Origin: Auanema rhodensis
Lineage: Eukaryota > Animalia > Nematoda
Assembly: GCA_964057225.1 (NCBI GenBank)
Contig: OZ059899.1
Span: forward strand, 19,158,001-19,222,000
DNA length: 64,000 nucleotides
Direction: 5' to 3'
Within the stretch, counting starts at the first letter, position 1; every line of letters begins with the position of its first letter. The notes under the pieces were generated by a model. It saw only the letters and a list, made by a program, of their open reading frames with translations, was not told the origin of the DNA and searched no databases. Position numbers and translations under genes: made by a program. Positions 1 through 11,600 of this stretch are shown in pieces.

Positions 1-12
1 TATGTAACTCGC

Positions 13-172
13 TTCACGTGAAAGATAAAGAGATGCGGTTTTTAAAATTAGATTCCGCATGTCCATATTAGTCTAAAAACAATTTTTTACTGATATTGGT
101 GCATGGTAACCATGATTTTGAAATTTACGTGAACTTTAATTTATGCTAATTAAACGTACACGTGGTGTGCAC
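13..172. other. Dyad-symmetry motifs of the monomer (first copy shown)
   Basis: TTCACGTGAA (13-22), CATGGT-A-ACCATG (102-114), CACGTG (159-164) and GTGCAC (167-172). In consensus-type monomers TTTCAAAAT (40-48) is the reverse complement of ATTTTGAAA (115-123). Confidence 0.9.
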
Positions 173-176
173 TCGG

Positions 177-3100
177 TATGTAACTCGCTTCACGTGAAAG
201 ATAAAGAGAAGCGGTTTTCAAAATTAGATTCCCCATGTCCATATTAGTCTAAAAACAAATTTTTTTTGATATTGGTGCATGGTAACCATGATTTTGAAAT
301 TTACGTGAACTTTAATTTATGCTAATTAAATGTACACGTGGTGTGCACTCGGTATGTAACTCGCTTCACGTGAAAGATAAAGAGATGCGGTTTTCAAAAT
401 TAGATTCCCCATGTCCATATTAGTCTAAAAACAAATTTTTATTGATATTGGTGCATGGTAACCATGACTTTGAATTTTACGTGAACTTTAATTTATGCTA
501 ATTAAACGTACACGTGGTGTGCACTCGGTATGTAACTCGCTTCACGTGAAAGATAAAGAGATGCGGTTTTCAAAATTAGATTCCCCATGTCCATATTAGT
601 CTAAAAACAAATTTTTATTGATATTGGTGCATGGTAACCATGACTTTGAAATTTACGTGAACTTTAATTTATGCTACATAAATGTACACGTGATGTGCAC
701 TTGGTATGTAACTCGCTTCACGTGAAAGATAAAAAGATGCGGTTTTTAAAATTAGATTCCCCATGTCCATATTAGTCTAAAAACAAATTTTTATTGATAT
801 TGGTGCATGGTAACCATGACTTTGAAATTTACGTGAACTTTAATTTATGCTACATAAATGTACACGTGATGTGCACTTGGTATGTAACTCGCTTCACGTG
901 AAAGATAAAAAGATGCGGTTTTTAAAATTAGATTCCCCATGTCCATATTAGTCTAAAAACAATTTTTTACTGATATTGGTGCATGGTAACCATGACTTTG
1001 AAATTTACGTGAACTTTAATTTATGCTAATTAAACGTACACGTGGTGTGCACTCGGTATGTAACTCGCTTCACGTGAAAGATAAAGAGATGCGGTTTTCA
1101 AAATTAGATTCCCCATGTCCATATTAGTCTAAAAACAAATTTTTATTGATATTGGTGCATGGTAACCATGACTTTGAATTTTACGTGAACTTTAATTTAT
1201 GCTAATTAAACGTACACGTGGTGTGCACTCGGTATGTAACTCGCTTCACGTGAAAGATAAAGAGATGCGGTTTTTAAAATTAGATTCCCCATGTCCATAT
1301 TAGTCTAAAAACAATTTTTTACTGATATTGGTGCATGGTAACCATGACTTTGAAATTTACGTGAACTTTAATTTATGCTACATAAATGTACACGTGATGT
1401 GCACTTGGTATGTAACTCGCTTCACGTGAAAGATAAAAAGATGCGGTTTTTAAAATTAGATTCCCCATGTCCATATTAGTCTAAAAACAATTTTTTACTG
1501 ATATTGGTGCATGGTAACCATGACTTTGAAATTTACGTGAACTTTAATTTATGCTAATTAAACGTACACGTGGTGTGCACTCGGTATGTAACTCGCTTCA
1601 CGTGAAAGATAAAGAGATGCGGTTTTCAAAATTAGATTCCCCATGTCCATATTAGTCTAAAAACAAATTTTTATTGATATTGGTGCATGGTAACCATGAC
1701 TTTGAAATTTACGTGAACTTTAATTTATGCTAATTAAACGTACACGTGGTGTGCACTCGGTATGTAACTCGCTTCACGTGAAAGATAAAGAGAAGCGGTT
1801 TTCAAAATTAGATTCCCCATGTCCATATTAGTCTAAAAACAAATTTTTTTTGATATTGGTGCATGGTAACCATGATTTTGAAATTTACGTGAACTTTAAT
1901 TTATGCTAATTAAATGTACACGTGGTGTGCACTCGGCATGTAACTCGCTTCACGTGAAAGATAAAGAGATGCGGTTTTCAAAATTAGATTCCCCATGTCC
2001 ATATTAGTCTAAAAACAAATTTTTATTGATATTGGTGCATGGTAACCATGACTTTGAATTTTACGTGAACTTTAATTTATGCTAATTAAACGTACACGTG
2101 GTGTGCACTCGGTATGTAACTCGCTTCACGTGAAAGATAAAGAGATGCGGTTTTCAAAATTAGATTCCCCATGTCCATATTAGTCTAAAAACAAATTTTT
2201 ATTGATATTGGTGCATGGTAACCATGACTTTGAAATTTACGTGAACTTTAATTTATGCTACATAAATGTACACGTGATGTGCACTTGGTATGTAACTCGC
2301 TTCACGTGAAAGATAAAAAGATGCGGTTTTTAAAATTAGATTCCCCATGTCCATATTAGTCTAAAAACAAATTTTTATTGATATTGGTGCATGGTAACCA
2401 TGACTTTGAAATTTACGTGAACTTTAATTTATGCTACATAAATGTACACGTGATGTGCACTTGGTATGTAACTCGCTTCACGTGAAAGATAAAAAGATGC
2501 GGTTTTTAAAATTAGATTCCCCATGTCCATATTAGTCTAAAAACAATTTTTTACTGATATTGGTGCATGGTAACCATGACTTTGAAATTTACGTGAACTT
2601 TAATTTATGCTAATTAAACGTACACGTGGTGTGCACTCGGTATGTAACTCGCTTCACGTGAAAGATAAAGAGATGCGGTTTTCAAAATTAGATTCCCCAT
2701 GTCCATATTAGTCTAAAAACAAATTTTTATTGATATTGGTGCATGGTAACCATGACTTTGAAATTTACGTGAACTTTAATTTATGCTAATTAAACGTACA
2801 CGTGGTGTGCACTCGGTATGTAACTCGCTTCACGTGAAAGATAAAGAGAAGCGGTTTTCAAAATTAGATTCCCCATGTCCATATTAGTCTAAAAACAAAT
2901 TTTTTTTGATATTGGTGCATGGTAACCATGATTTTGAAATTTACGTGAACTTTAATTTATGCTAATTAAATGTACACGTGGTGTGCACTCGGTATGTAAC
3001 TCGCTTCACGTGAAAGATAAAGAGATGCGGTTTTCAAAATTAGATTCCCCATGTCCATATTAGTCTAAAAACAAATTTTTATTGATATTGGTGCATGGTA

Positions 3101-3900
3101 ACCATGACTTTGAATTTTACGTGAACTTTAATTTATGCTAATTAAACGTACACGTGGTGTGCACTCGGTATGTAACTCGCTTCACGTGAAAGATAAAGAG
3201 ATGCGGTTTTCAAAATTAGATTCCCCATGTCCATATTAGTCTAAAAACAAATTTTTATTGATATTGGTGCATGGTAACCATGACTTTGAAATTTACGTGA
3301 ACTTTAATTTATGCTACATAAATGTACACGTGATGTGCACTTGGTATGTAACTCGCTTCACGTGAAAGATAAAAAGATGCGGTTTTTAAAATTAGATTCC
3401 CCGTGTCCATATTAGTCTAAAAACAAATTTTTATTGATATTGGTGCATGGTAACCATGACTTTGAAATTTACGTGAACTTTAATTTATGCTACATAAATG
3501 TACACGTGATGTGCACTTGGTATGTAACTCGCTTCACGTGAAAGATAAAAAGATGCGGTTTTTAAAATTAGATTCCCCATGTCCATATTAGTCTAAAAAC
3601 AATTTTTTACTGATATTGGTGCATGGTAACCATGACTTTGAAATTTACGTGAACTTTAATTTATGCTAATTAAACGTACACGTGGTGTGCACTCGGTATG
3701 TAACTCGCTTCACGTGAAAGATAAAGAGATGCGGTTTTCAAAATTAGATTCCCCATGTCCATATTAGTCTAAAAACAAATTTTTATTGATATTGGTGCAT
3801 GGTAACCATGACTTTGAATTTTACGTGAACTTTAATTTATGCTAATTAAACGTACACGTGGTGTGCACTCGGTATGTAACTCGCTTCACGTGAAAGATAA
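177..3900 (+). repeat. Local higher-order repeat: 6-monomer unit in three copies (starts 177, 1761, 2817)
   Basis: The AGAAGCGG variant is at 210, 1794 and 2850 (spacings 1584 = 9x176 and 1056 = 6x176), each time followed by the same ordered series of monomer variants. Confidence 0.85.
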
Positions 3901-6640
3901 AGAGATGCGGTTTTCAAAATTAGATTCCCCATGTCCATATTAGTCTAAAAACAAATTTTTATTGATATTGGTGCATGGTAACCATTACTTTGAAATTTAC
4001 GTGAACTTTAATTTATGCTACATAAATGTACACGTGATGTGCACTTGGTATGTAACTCGCTTCACGTGAAAGATAAAAAGATGCGGTTTTTAAAATTAGA
4101 TTCCCCATGTCCATATTAGTCTAAAAACAATTTTTTACTGATATTGGTGCATGGTAACCATGACTTTGAAATTTACGTGAACTTTAATTTATGCTAATTA
4201 AACGTACACGTGGTGTGCACTCGGTATGTAACTCGCTTCACGTGAAAGATAAAGAGATGCGGTTTTCAAAATTAGATTCCCCATGTCCATATTAGTCTAA
4301 AAACAAATTTTTATTGATATTGGTGCATGGTAACCATGACTTTGAATTTTAAGTGAACTTTAATTTATGCTAATTAAACGTACACGTGGTGTGCACTCGG
4401 TATGTAACTCGCTTCACGTGAAAGATAAAGAGATGCGGTTTTCAAAATTAGATTCCCCATGTCCATATTAGTCTAAAAACAAATTTTTATTGATATTGGT
4501 GCATGGTAACCATGACTTTGAAATTTACGTGAACTTTAATTTATGCTACATAAATGTACACGTGATGTGCACTTGGTATGTAACTCGCTTCACGTGAAAG
4601 ATAAAAAGATGCGGTTTTCAAAATTAGATTCCCCATGTCCATATTAGTCTAAAAACAAATTTTTATTGATATTGGTGCATGGTAACCATGACTTTGAAAT
4701 TTACGTGAACTTTAATTTATGCTAATTAAACGTACACGTGATGTGCACTTGGTATGTAACTCGCTTCACGTGAAAGATAAAGAGATGCGGTTTTTAAAAT
4801 TAGATTCCCCATGTCCATATTAGTCTAAAAACAATTTTTTACTGATATTGGTGCATGGTAACCATGACTTTGAAATTTACGTGAACTTTAATTTATGCTA
4901 ATTAAACGTACACGTGGTGTGCACTCGGTATGTAACTCGCTTCACGTGAAAGATAAAGAGATGCGGTTTTCAAAATTAGATTCCCCATGTCCATATTAGT
5001 CTAAAAACAAATTTTTTTTGATATTGGTGCATGGTAACCATGATTTTGAAATTTACGTGAACTTTAATTTATGCTAATTAAACGTACACGTGATGTGCAC
5101 TTGGTATGTAACTCGCTTCACGTGAAAGATAAAGAGATGCGGTTTTTAAAATTAGATTCCCCATGTCCATATTAGTCTAAAAACAAATTTTTATTGATAT
5201 TGGTGCATGGTAACCATGACTTTGAATTTTAAGTGAACTTTAATTTATGCTAATTAAACGTACACGTGGTGTGCACTCGGTATGTAACTCGCTTCACGTG
5301 AAAGATAAAGAGATGCGGTTTTCAAAATTAGATTCCCCATGTCCATATTAGTCTAAAAACAAATTTTTATTGATATTGGTGCATGGTAACCATGACTTTG
5401 AAATTTACGTGAACTTTAATTTATGCTAATTAAACGTACACGTGATGTGCACTTGGTATGTAACTCGCTTCACGTGAAAGATAAAGAGATGCGGTTTTTA
5501 AAATTAGATTCCCCATGTCCATATTAGTCTAAAAACAATTTTTTACTGATATTGGTGCATGGTAACCATGATTTTGAAATTTACGTGAACTTTAATTTAT
5601 GCTAATTAAACGTACACGTGATGTGCACTTGGTATGTAACTCGCTTCACGTGAAAGATAAAGAGATGCGGTTTTTAAAATTAGATTCCCCATGTCCATAT
5701 TAGTCTAAAAACAATTTTTTACTGATATTGGTGCATGGTAACCATGACTTTGAAATTTACGTGAACTTTAATTTATGCTAATTAAACGTACACGTGGTGT
5801 GCACTCGGTATGTAACTCGCTTCACGTGAAAGATAAAGAGATGCGGTTTTCAAAATTAGATTCCCCATGTCCATATTAGTCTAAAAACAAATTTTTTTTG
5901 ATATTGGTGCATGGTAACCATGATTTTGAAATTTACGTGAACTTTAATTTATGCTAATTAAACGTACACGTGGTGTGCACTCGGTATGTAACTCGCTTCA
6001 CGTGAAAGATAAAGAGATGCGGTTTTTAAAATTAGATTCCCCATGTCCATATTAGTCTAAAAACAATTTTTTACTGATATTGGTGCATGGTAACCATGAT
6101 TTTGAAATTTACGTGAACTTTAATTTATGCTAATTAAACGTACACGTGGTGTGCACTCGGTATGTAACTCGCTTCACGTGAAAGATAAAGAGATGCGGTT
6201 TTCAAAATTAGATTCCCCATGTCCATATTAGTCTAAAAACAATTTTTTACTGATATTGGTGCATGGTAACCATGATTTTGAAATTTACGTGAACTTTAAT
6301 TTATGCTAATTAAACGTACACGTGATGTGCACTTGGTATGTAACTCGCTTCACGTGAAAGATAAAGAGATGCGGTTTTTAAAATTAGATTCCCCATGTCC
6401 ATATTAGTCTAAAAACAATTTTTTACTGATATTGGTGCATGGTAACCATGATTTTGAAATTTACGTGAACTTTAATTTATGCTAATTAAACGTACACGTG
6501 GTGTGCACTCGGTATGTAACTCGCTTCACGTGAAAGATAAAGAGATGCGGTTTTCAAAATTAGATTCCCCATGTCCATTTTAGTCTAAAAACAAATTTTT
6601 ATTGATATTGGTGGATGGTAACCATGACTTTGAATTTTAC

Positions 6641-6660
6641 GTGAACTAATTTTAAAAACC
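6641..6660. other. Orientation-switch junction 1 (+ to -)
   Basis: GTGAA-CT-AATTTTAAAAACC. The forward monomer ends at unit position ~135 and the reverse monomer starts at unit position ~51, sharing CT at 6646-6647. Confidence 0.93.
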
Positions 6661-7099
6661 GCATCTCTTTATCTTTCACGTGAAGCGAGTTACATACCAA
6701 GTGCACATCACGTGTACGTTTAATTAGCATAAATTAAAGTTCACGTAAATTTCAAAGTCATGGTTACCATGCACCAATATCAAAAAAAATTTGTTTTTAG
6801 ACTAATATGGACATGGGGAATCTAATTTTAAAAACCGCATCTCTTTATCTTTCACGTGAAGCGAGTTACATACCAAGTGCACATCACGTGTACGTTTAAT
6901 TAGCATAAATTAAAGTTCACGTAAATTTCAAAATCATGGTTACCATGCACCAATATCAGTAAAAAATTGTTTTTAGACTAATATGGACATGGGGAATCTA
7001 ATTTTAAAAACCGCATCTCTTTATCTTTCACGTGAAGCGAGTTACATACCAAGTGCACATCACGTGTACGTTTAATTAGCATAAATTAAAGTTCACGTA

Positions 7100-8600
7100 A
7101 ATTTCAAAGTCATGGTTACCATGCACCAATATCAATAAAAATTTGTTTTTAGACTAATATGGACATGGGGAATCTAATTTTGAAAACCGCATCTCTTTAT
7201 CTTTCACGTGAAGCGAGTTACATACCGAGTGCACACCACGTGTACGTTTAATTAGCATAAATTAAAGTTCACGTAAATTTCAAAATCATGGTTACCATGC
7301 ACCAATATCAGTAAAAAATTGTTTTTAGACTAATATGGACATGGGGAATCTAATTTTAAAAACCGCATCTCTTTATCTTTCACGTGAAGCGAGTTACATA
7401 CCAAGTGCACATCACGTGTACGTTTAATTAGCATAAATTAAAGTTCACGTAAATTTCAAAATCATGGTTACCATGCACCAATATCAAAAAAAATTTGTTT
7501 TTAGACTAATATGGACATGGGGAATCTAATTTTGAAAACCGCATCTCTTTATCTTTCACGTGAAGCGAGTTACATACCGAGTGCACACCACGTGTACGTT
7601 TAATTAGCATAAATTAAAGTTCACGTAAATTTCAAAGTCATGGTTACCATGCACCAATATCAGTAAAAAATTGTTTTTAGACTAATATGGACATGGGGAA
7701 TCTAATTTTAAAAACCGCATCTCTTTATCTTTCACGTGAAGCGAGTTACATACCAAGTGCACATCACGTGTACGTTTAATTAGCATAAATTAAAGTTCAC
7801 GTAAATTTCAAAGTCATGGTTACCATGCACCAATATCAATAAAAATTTGTTTTTAGACTAATATGGACATGGGGAATCTAATTTTGAAAACCGCATCTCT
7901 TTATCTTTCACGTGAAGCGAGTTACATACCGAGTGCACACCACGTGTACGTTTAATTAGCATAAATTAAAGTTCACGTAAATTTCAAAATCATGGTTACC
8001 ATGCACCAATATCAGTAAAAAATTGTTTTTAGACTAATATGGACATGGGGAATCTAATTTTAAAAACCGCATCTCTTTATCTTTCACGTGAAGCGAGTTA
8101 CATACCAAGTGCACATCACGTGTACGTTTAATTAGCATAAATTAAAGTTCACGTAAATTTCAAAATCATGGTTACCATGCACCAATATCAAAAAAAATTT
8201 GTTTTTAGACTAATATGGACATGGGGAATCTAATTTTGAAAACCGCATCTCTTTATCTTTCACGTGAAGCGAGTTACATACCGAGTGCACACCACGTGTA
8301 CGTTTAATTAGCATAAATTAAAGTTCACGTAAATTTCAAAGTCATGGTTACCATGCACCAATATCAGTAAAAAATTGTTTTTAGACTAATATGGACATGG
8401 GGAATCTAATTTTAAAAACCGCATCTCTTTATCTTTCACGTGAAGCGAGTTACATACCAAGTGCACATCACGTGTACGTTTAATTAGCATAAATTAAAGT
8501 TCACGTAAATTTCAAAGTCATGGTTACCATGCACCAATATCAATAAAAATTTGTTTTTAGACTAATATGGACATGGGGAATCTAATTTTGAAAACCGCAT
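7100..8600 (-). repeat. Local 4-monomer (704 bp) tandem higher-order repeat
   Basis: An ordered series of four monomer haplotypes repeats; the ATCAAAAAAAATTTG monomer lies at ~7483 and ~8187. Confidence 0.7.
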
Positions 8601-8640
8601 CTTTTTATCTTTCACGTGAAGCGATGGGGAATCTAATTTT
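8581..8640 (-). other. Internal junction 2: 51-bp truncated monomer within the inverted block
   Basis: TCTAATTTT occurs at 8581 and again at 8632, 51 bp apart instead of 176. The junction GAAGCG-A-TGGGGAATC shares one A at 8624, equivalent to a 125-bp loss modulo 176. Confidence 0.93.
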
Positions 8641-11600
8641 GAAAACCGCATCTCTTTATCTTTCACGTGAAGCGAGTTACATACCGAGTGCACACCACGT
8701 GTACATTTAATTAGCATAAATTAAAGTTCACGTAAATTTCAAAATCATGGTTACCATGCACCAATATCAATAAAAATTTGTTTTTAGACTAATATGGACA
8801 TGAGGAATCTAATTTTGAAAACCGCATCTCTTTATCGTTCACGTGAAGCGAGTTATATACCGAGTGCACACCACGTGTACATTTAATTAGCATAAATTAA
8901 AGTTCACGTAAATTTCAAAGTCATGGTTACCATGCACCAATATCAAAAAAAATTTGTTTTTAGACTAATATGGACATGGGGAATCTAATTTTAAAAACCG
9001 CATCTCTTTATCTTTCACGTGAAGCGAGTTACATACCAAGTGCACATCACGTGTACGTTTAATTAGCATAAATTAAAGTTCACGTAAATTTCAAAATCAT
9101 GGTTACCATGCACCAATATCAGTAAAAAATTGTTTTTAGACTAATATGGACATGGGGAATCTAATTTTAAAAACCGCATCTCTTTATCTTTCACGTGAAG
9201 CGAGTTACATACCAAGTGCACATCACGTGTACGTTTAATTAGCATAAATTAAAGTTCACGTAAATTTCAAAGTCATGGTTACCATGCACCAATATCAATA
9301 AAAATTTGTTTTTAGACTAATATGGACATGGGGAATCTAATTTTGAAAACCGCATCTCTTTATCTTTCACGTGAAGCGAGTTACATACCGAGTGCACACC
9401 ACGTGTACGTTTAATTAGCATAAATTAAAGTTCACGTAAATTTCAAAATCATGGTTACCATGCACCAATATCAGTAAAAAATTGTTTTTAGACTAATATG
9501 GACATGGGGAATCTAATTTTAAAAACCGCATCTCTTTATCTTTCACGTGAAGCGAGTTACATACCAAGTGCACATCACGTGTACGTTTAATTAGCATAAA
9601 TTAAAGTTCACGTAAATTTCAAAGTCATGGTTACCATGCACCAATATCAATAAAAATTTGTTTTTAGACTAATATGGACATGGGGAATCTAATTTTGAAA
9701 ACCGCATCTCTTTATCTTACACGTGAAGCGAGTTACATACCGAGTGCACATCACGTGTACGTTTAATTAGCATAAATTAAAGTTCACGTAAATTTCAAAA
9801 TCATGGTTACCATGCACCAATATCAGTAAAAATTTGTTTTTAGACTAATATTGACATGGGGAATCTAATTTTGAAAACCGCATCTCTTTATCTTACACGT
9901 GAAGCGAGTTACATACCGAGTGCACACCACGTGTACGTTTAATTAGCATAAATTAAAGTTCACGTAAATTTCAAAGTCATGGTTACCATGCAACAATATC
10001 AGTAAAAAATTGTTTTTAGACTAATATGGACATGGGGAATCTAATTTTAAAAAGCGCATCTTTTTATCTTTCAAGTGAAGCGAGTTACATACCAAGTGCA
10101 CATCACGTGTACATTTATGTAGCATAAATTAAAGTTCACGTAAATTTCAAAGTCATGGTTACCATGCACCAATATCAATAAAAATTTGTTTTTAGACTAA
10201 TATGGACATGGGGAATCTAATTTTGAAAACCGCATCTCTTTATCTTTCACGTGAAGCGAGTTACATACCGAGTGCACACCACGTGTACGTTTAATTAGCA
10301 TAAATTAAAGTTCACGTAAAATTCAAAGTCATGGTTACCATGCACCAATATCAATAAAAATTTGTTTTTAGACTAATATGGACATGGGGAATCTAATTTT
10401 GAAAACCGCATCTCTTTATCTTTCACGTGAAGCGAGTTACATACCGAGTGCACACCACGTGTACATTTAATTAGCATAAATTAAAGTTCACGTAAATTTC
10501 AAAATCATGGTTACCATGCACCAATATCAATAAAAATTTGTTTTTAGACTAATATGGACATGAGGAATCTAATTTTGAAAACCGCATCTCTTTATCGTTC
10601 ACGTGAAGCGAGTTACATACCGAGTGCACACCACGTGTACATTTAATTAGCATAAATTAAAGTTCACGTAAATTTCAAAGTCATGGTTACCATGCACCAA
10701 TATCAAAAAAAATTTGTTTTTAGACTAATATGGACATGGGGAATCTAATTTTAAAAACCGCATCTCTTTATCTTTCACGTGAAGCGAGTTACATACCAAG
10801 TGCACATCACGTGTACGTTTAATTAGCATAAATTAAAGTTCACGTAAATTTCAAAAACATGGTTACCATGCACCAATATCAGTAAAAAATTGTTTTTAGA
10901 CTAATATGGACATGGGGAATCTAATTTTAAAAACCGCATCTCTTTATCTTTCACGTGAAGCGAGTTACATACCAAGTGCACATCACGTGTACGTTTAATT
11001 AGCATAAATTAAAGTTCACGTAAATTTCAAAATCATGGTTACCATGCACCAATATCAATAAAAATTTGTTTTTAGACTAATATGTACATGGGGAATCTAA
11101 TTTTGAAAACCGCATCTCTTTATCTTTCACGTGAAGCGAGTTACATACCGAGTGCACACCACGTGTACATTTAATTAGCATAAATTAAAGTTCACGTAAA
11201 TTTCAAAATCATGGTTACCATGCACCAATATCAGTAAAAAATTGTTTTTAGACTAATATGGACATGCGAAATCTAATTTTAAAAACCGCATCTCTTTATC
11301 TTTCACGTGAAGCGAGTTACATACCAAGTGCACATCACGTGTACGTTTAATTAGCATAAATTAAAGTTCACGTAAATTTCAAAATCATGGTTACCATGCA
11401 CCAATATCAGTAAAAAATTGTTTTTAGACTAATATGGACATGGGGAATCTAATTTTGAAAACCGCATCTCTTTATCTTCCACGTGAAGGGAGTTACATAC
11501 CGAGTGCACAACACGTGTACGTTTAATTAGCATAAATTAAAGTTCACGTAAATTTCAAAGTCATGGTTACCATGCACCAATATCAATAAAAATTTGTTTT

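Larger units (their letters stand above)
1..6647 (+). repeat. Forward-orientation satellite sub-array 1 (~38 monomers)
   Basis: Head-to-tail 176-bp monomers ending at ...TTTTACGTGAACT (6647). It lacks the GTGTAAG and GCGCTTTT variants that are common downstream. Confidence 0.97.

Noticed and set aside
48-74. Telomere-like TTAG motifs
   Set aside because: These are isolated TTAGAT/TTAGTC, not tandem TTAGG or TTAGGG.
1-176. Canonical CENP-B box
   Set aside because: No TTCG....A..CGGG pattern was seen on either strand of the consensus.
1-176. Identity with the honeybee AluI or Brassica 176-bp satellites on length alone
   Set aside because: The consensus has no AGCT or AAGCTT site and no recognisable similarity; shared length is not evidence.
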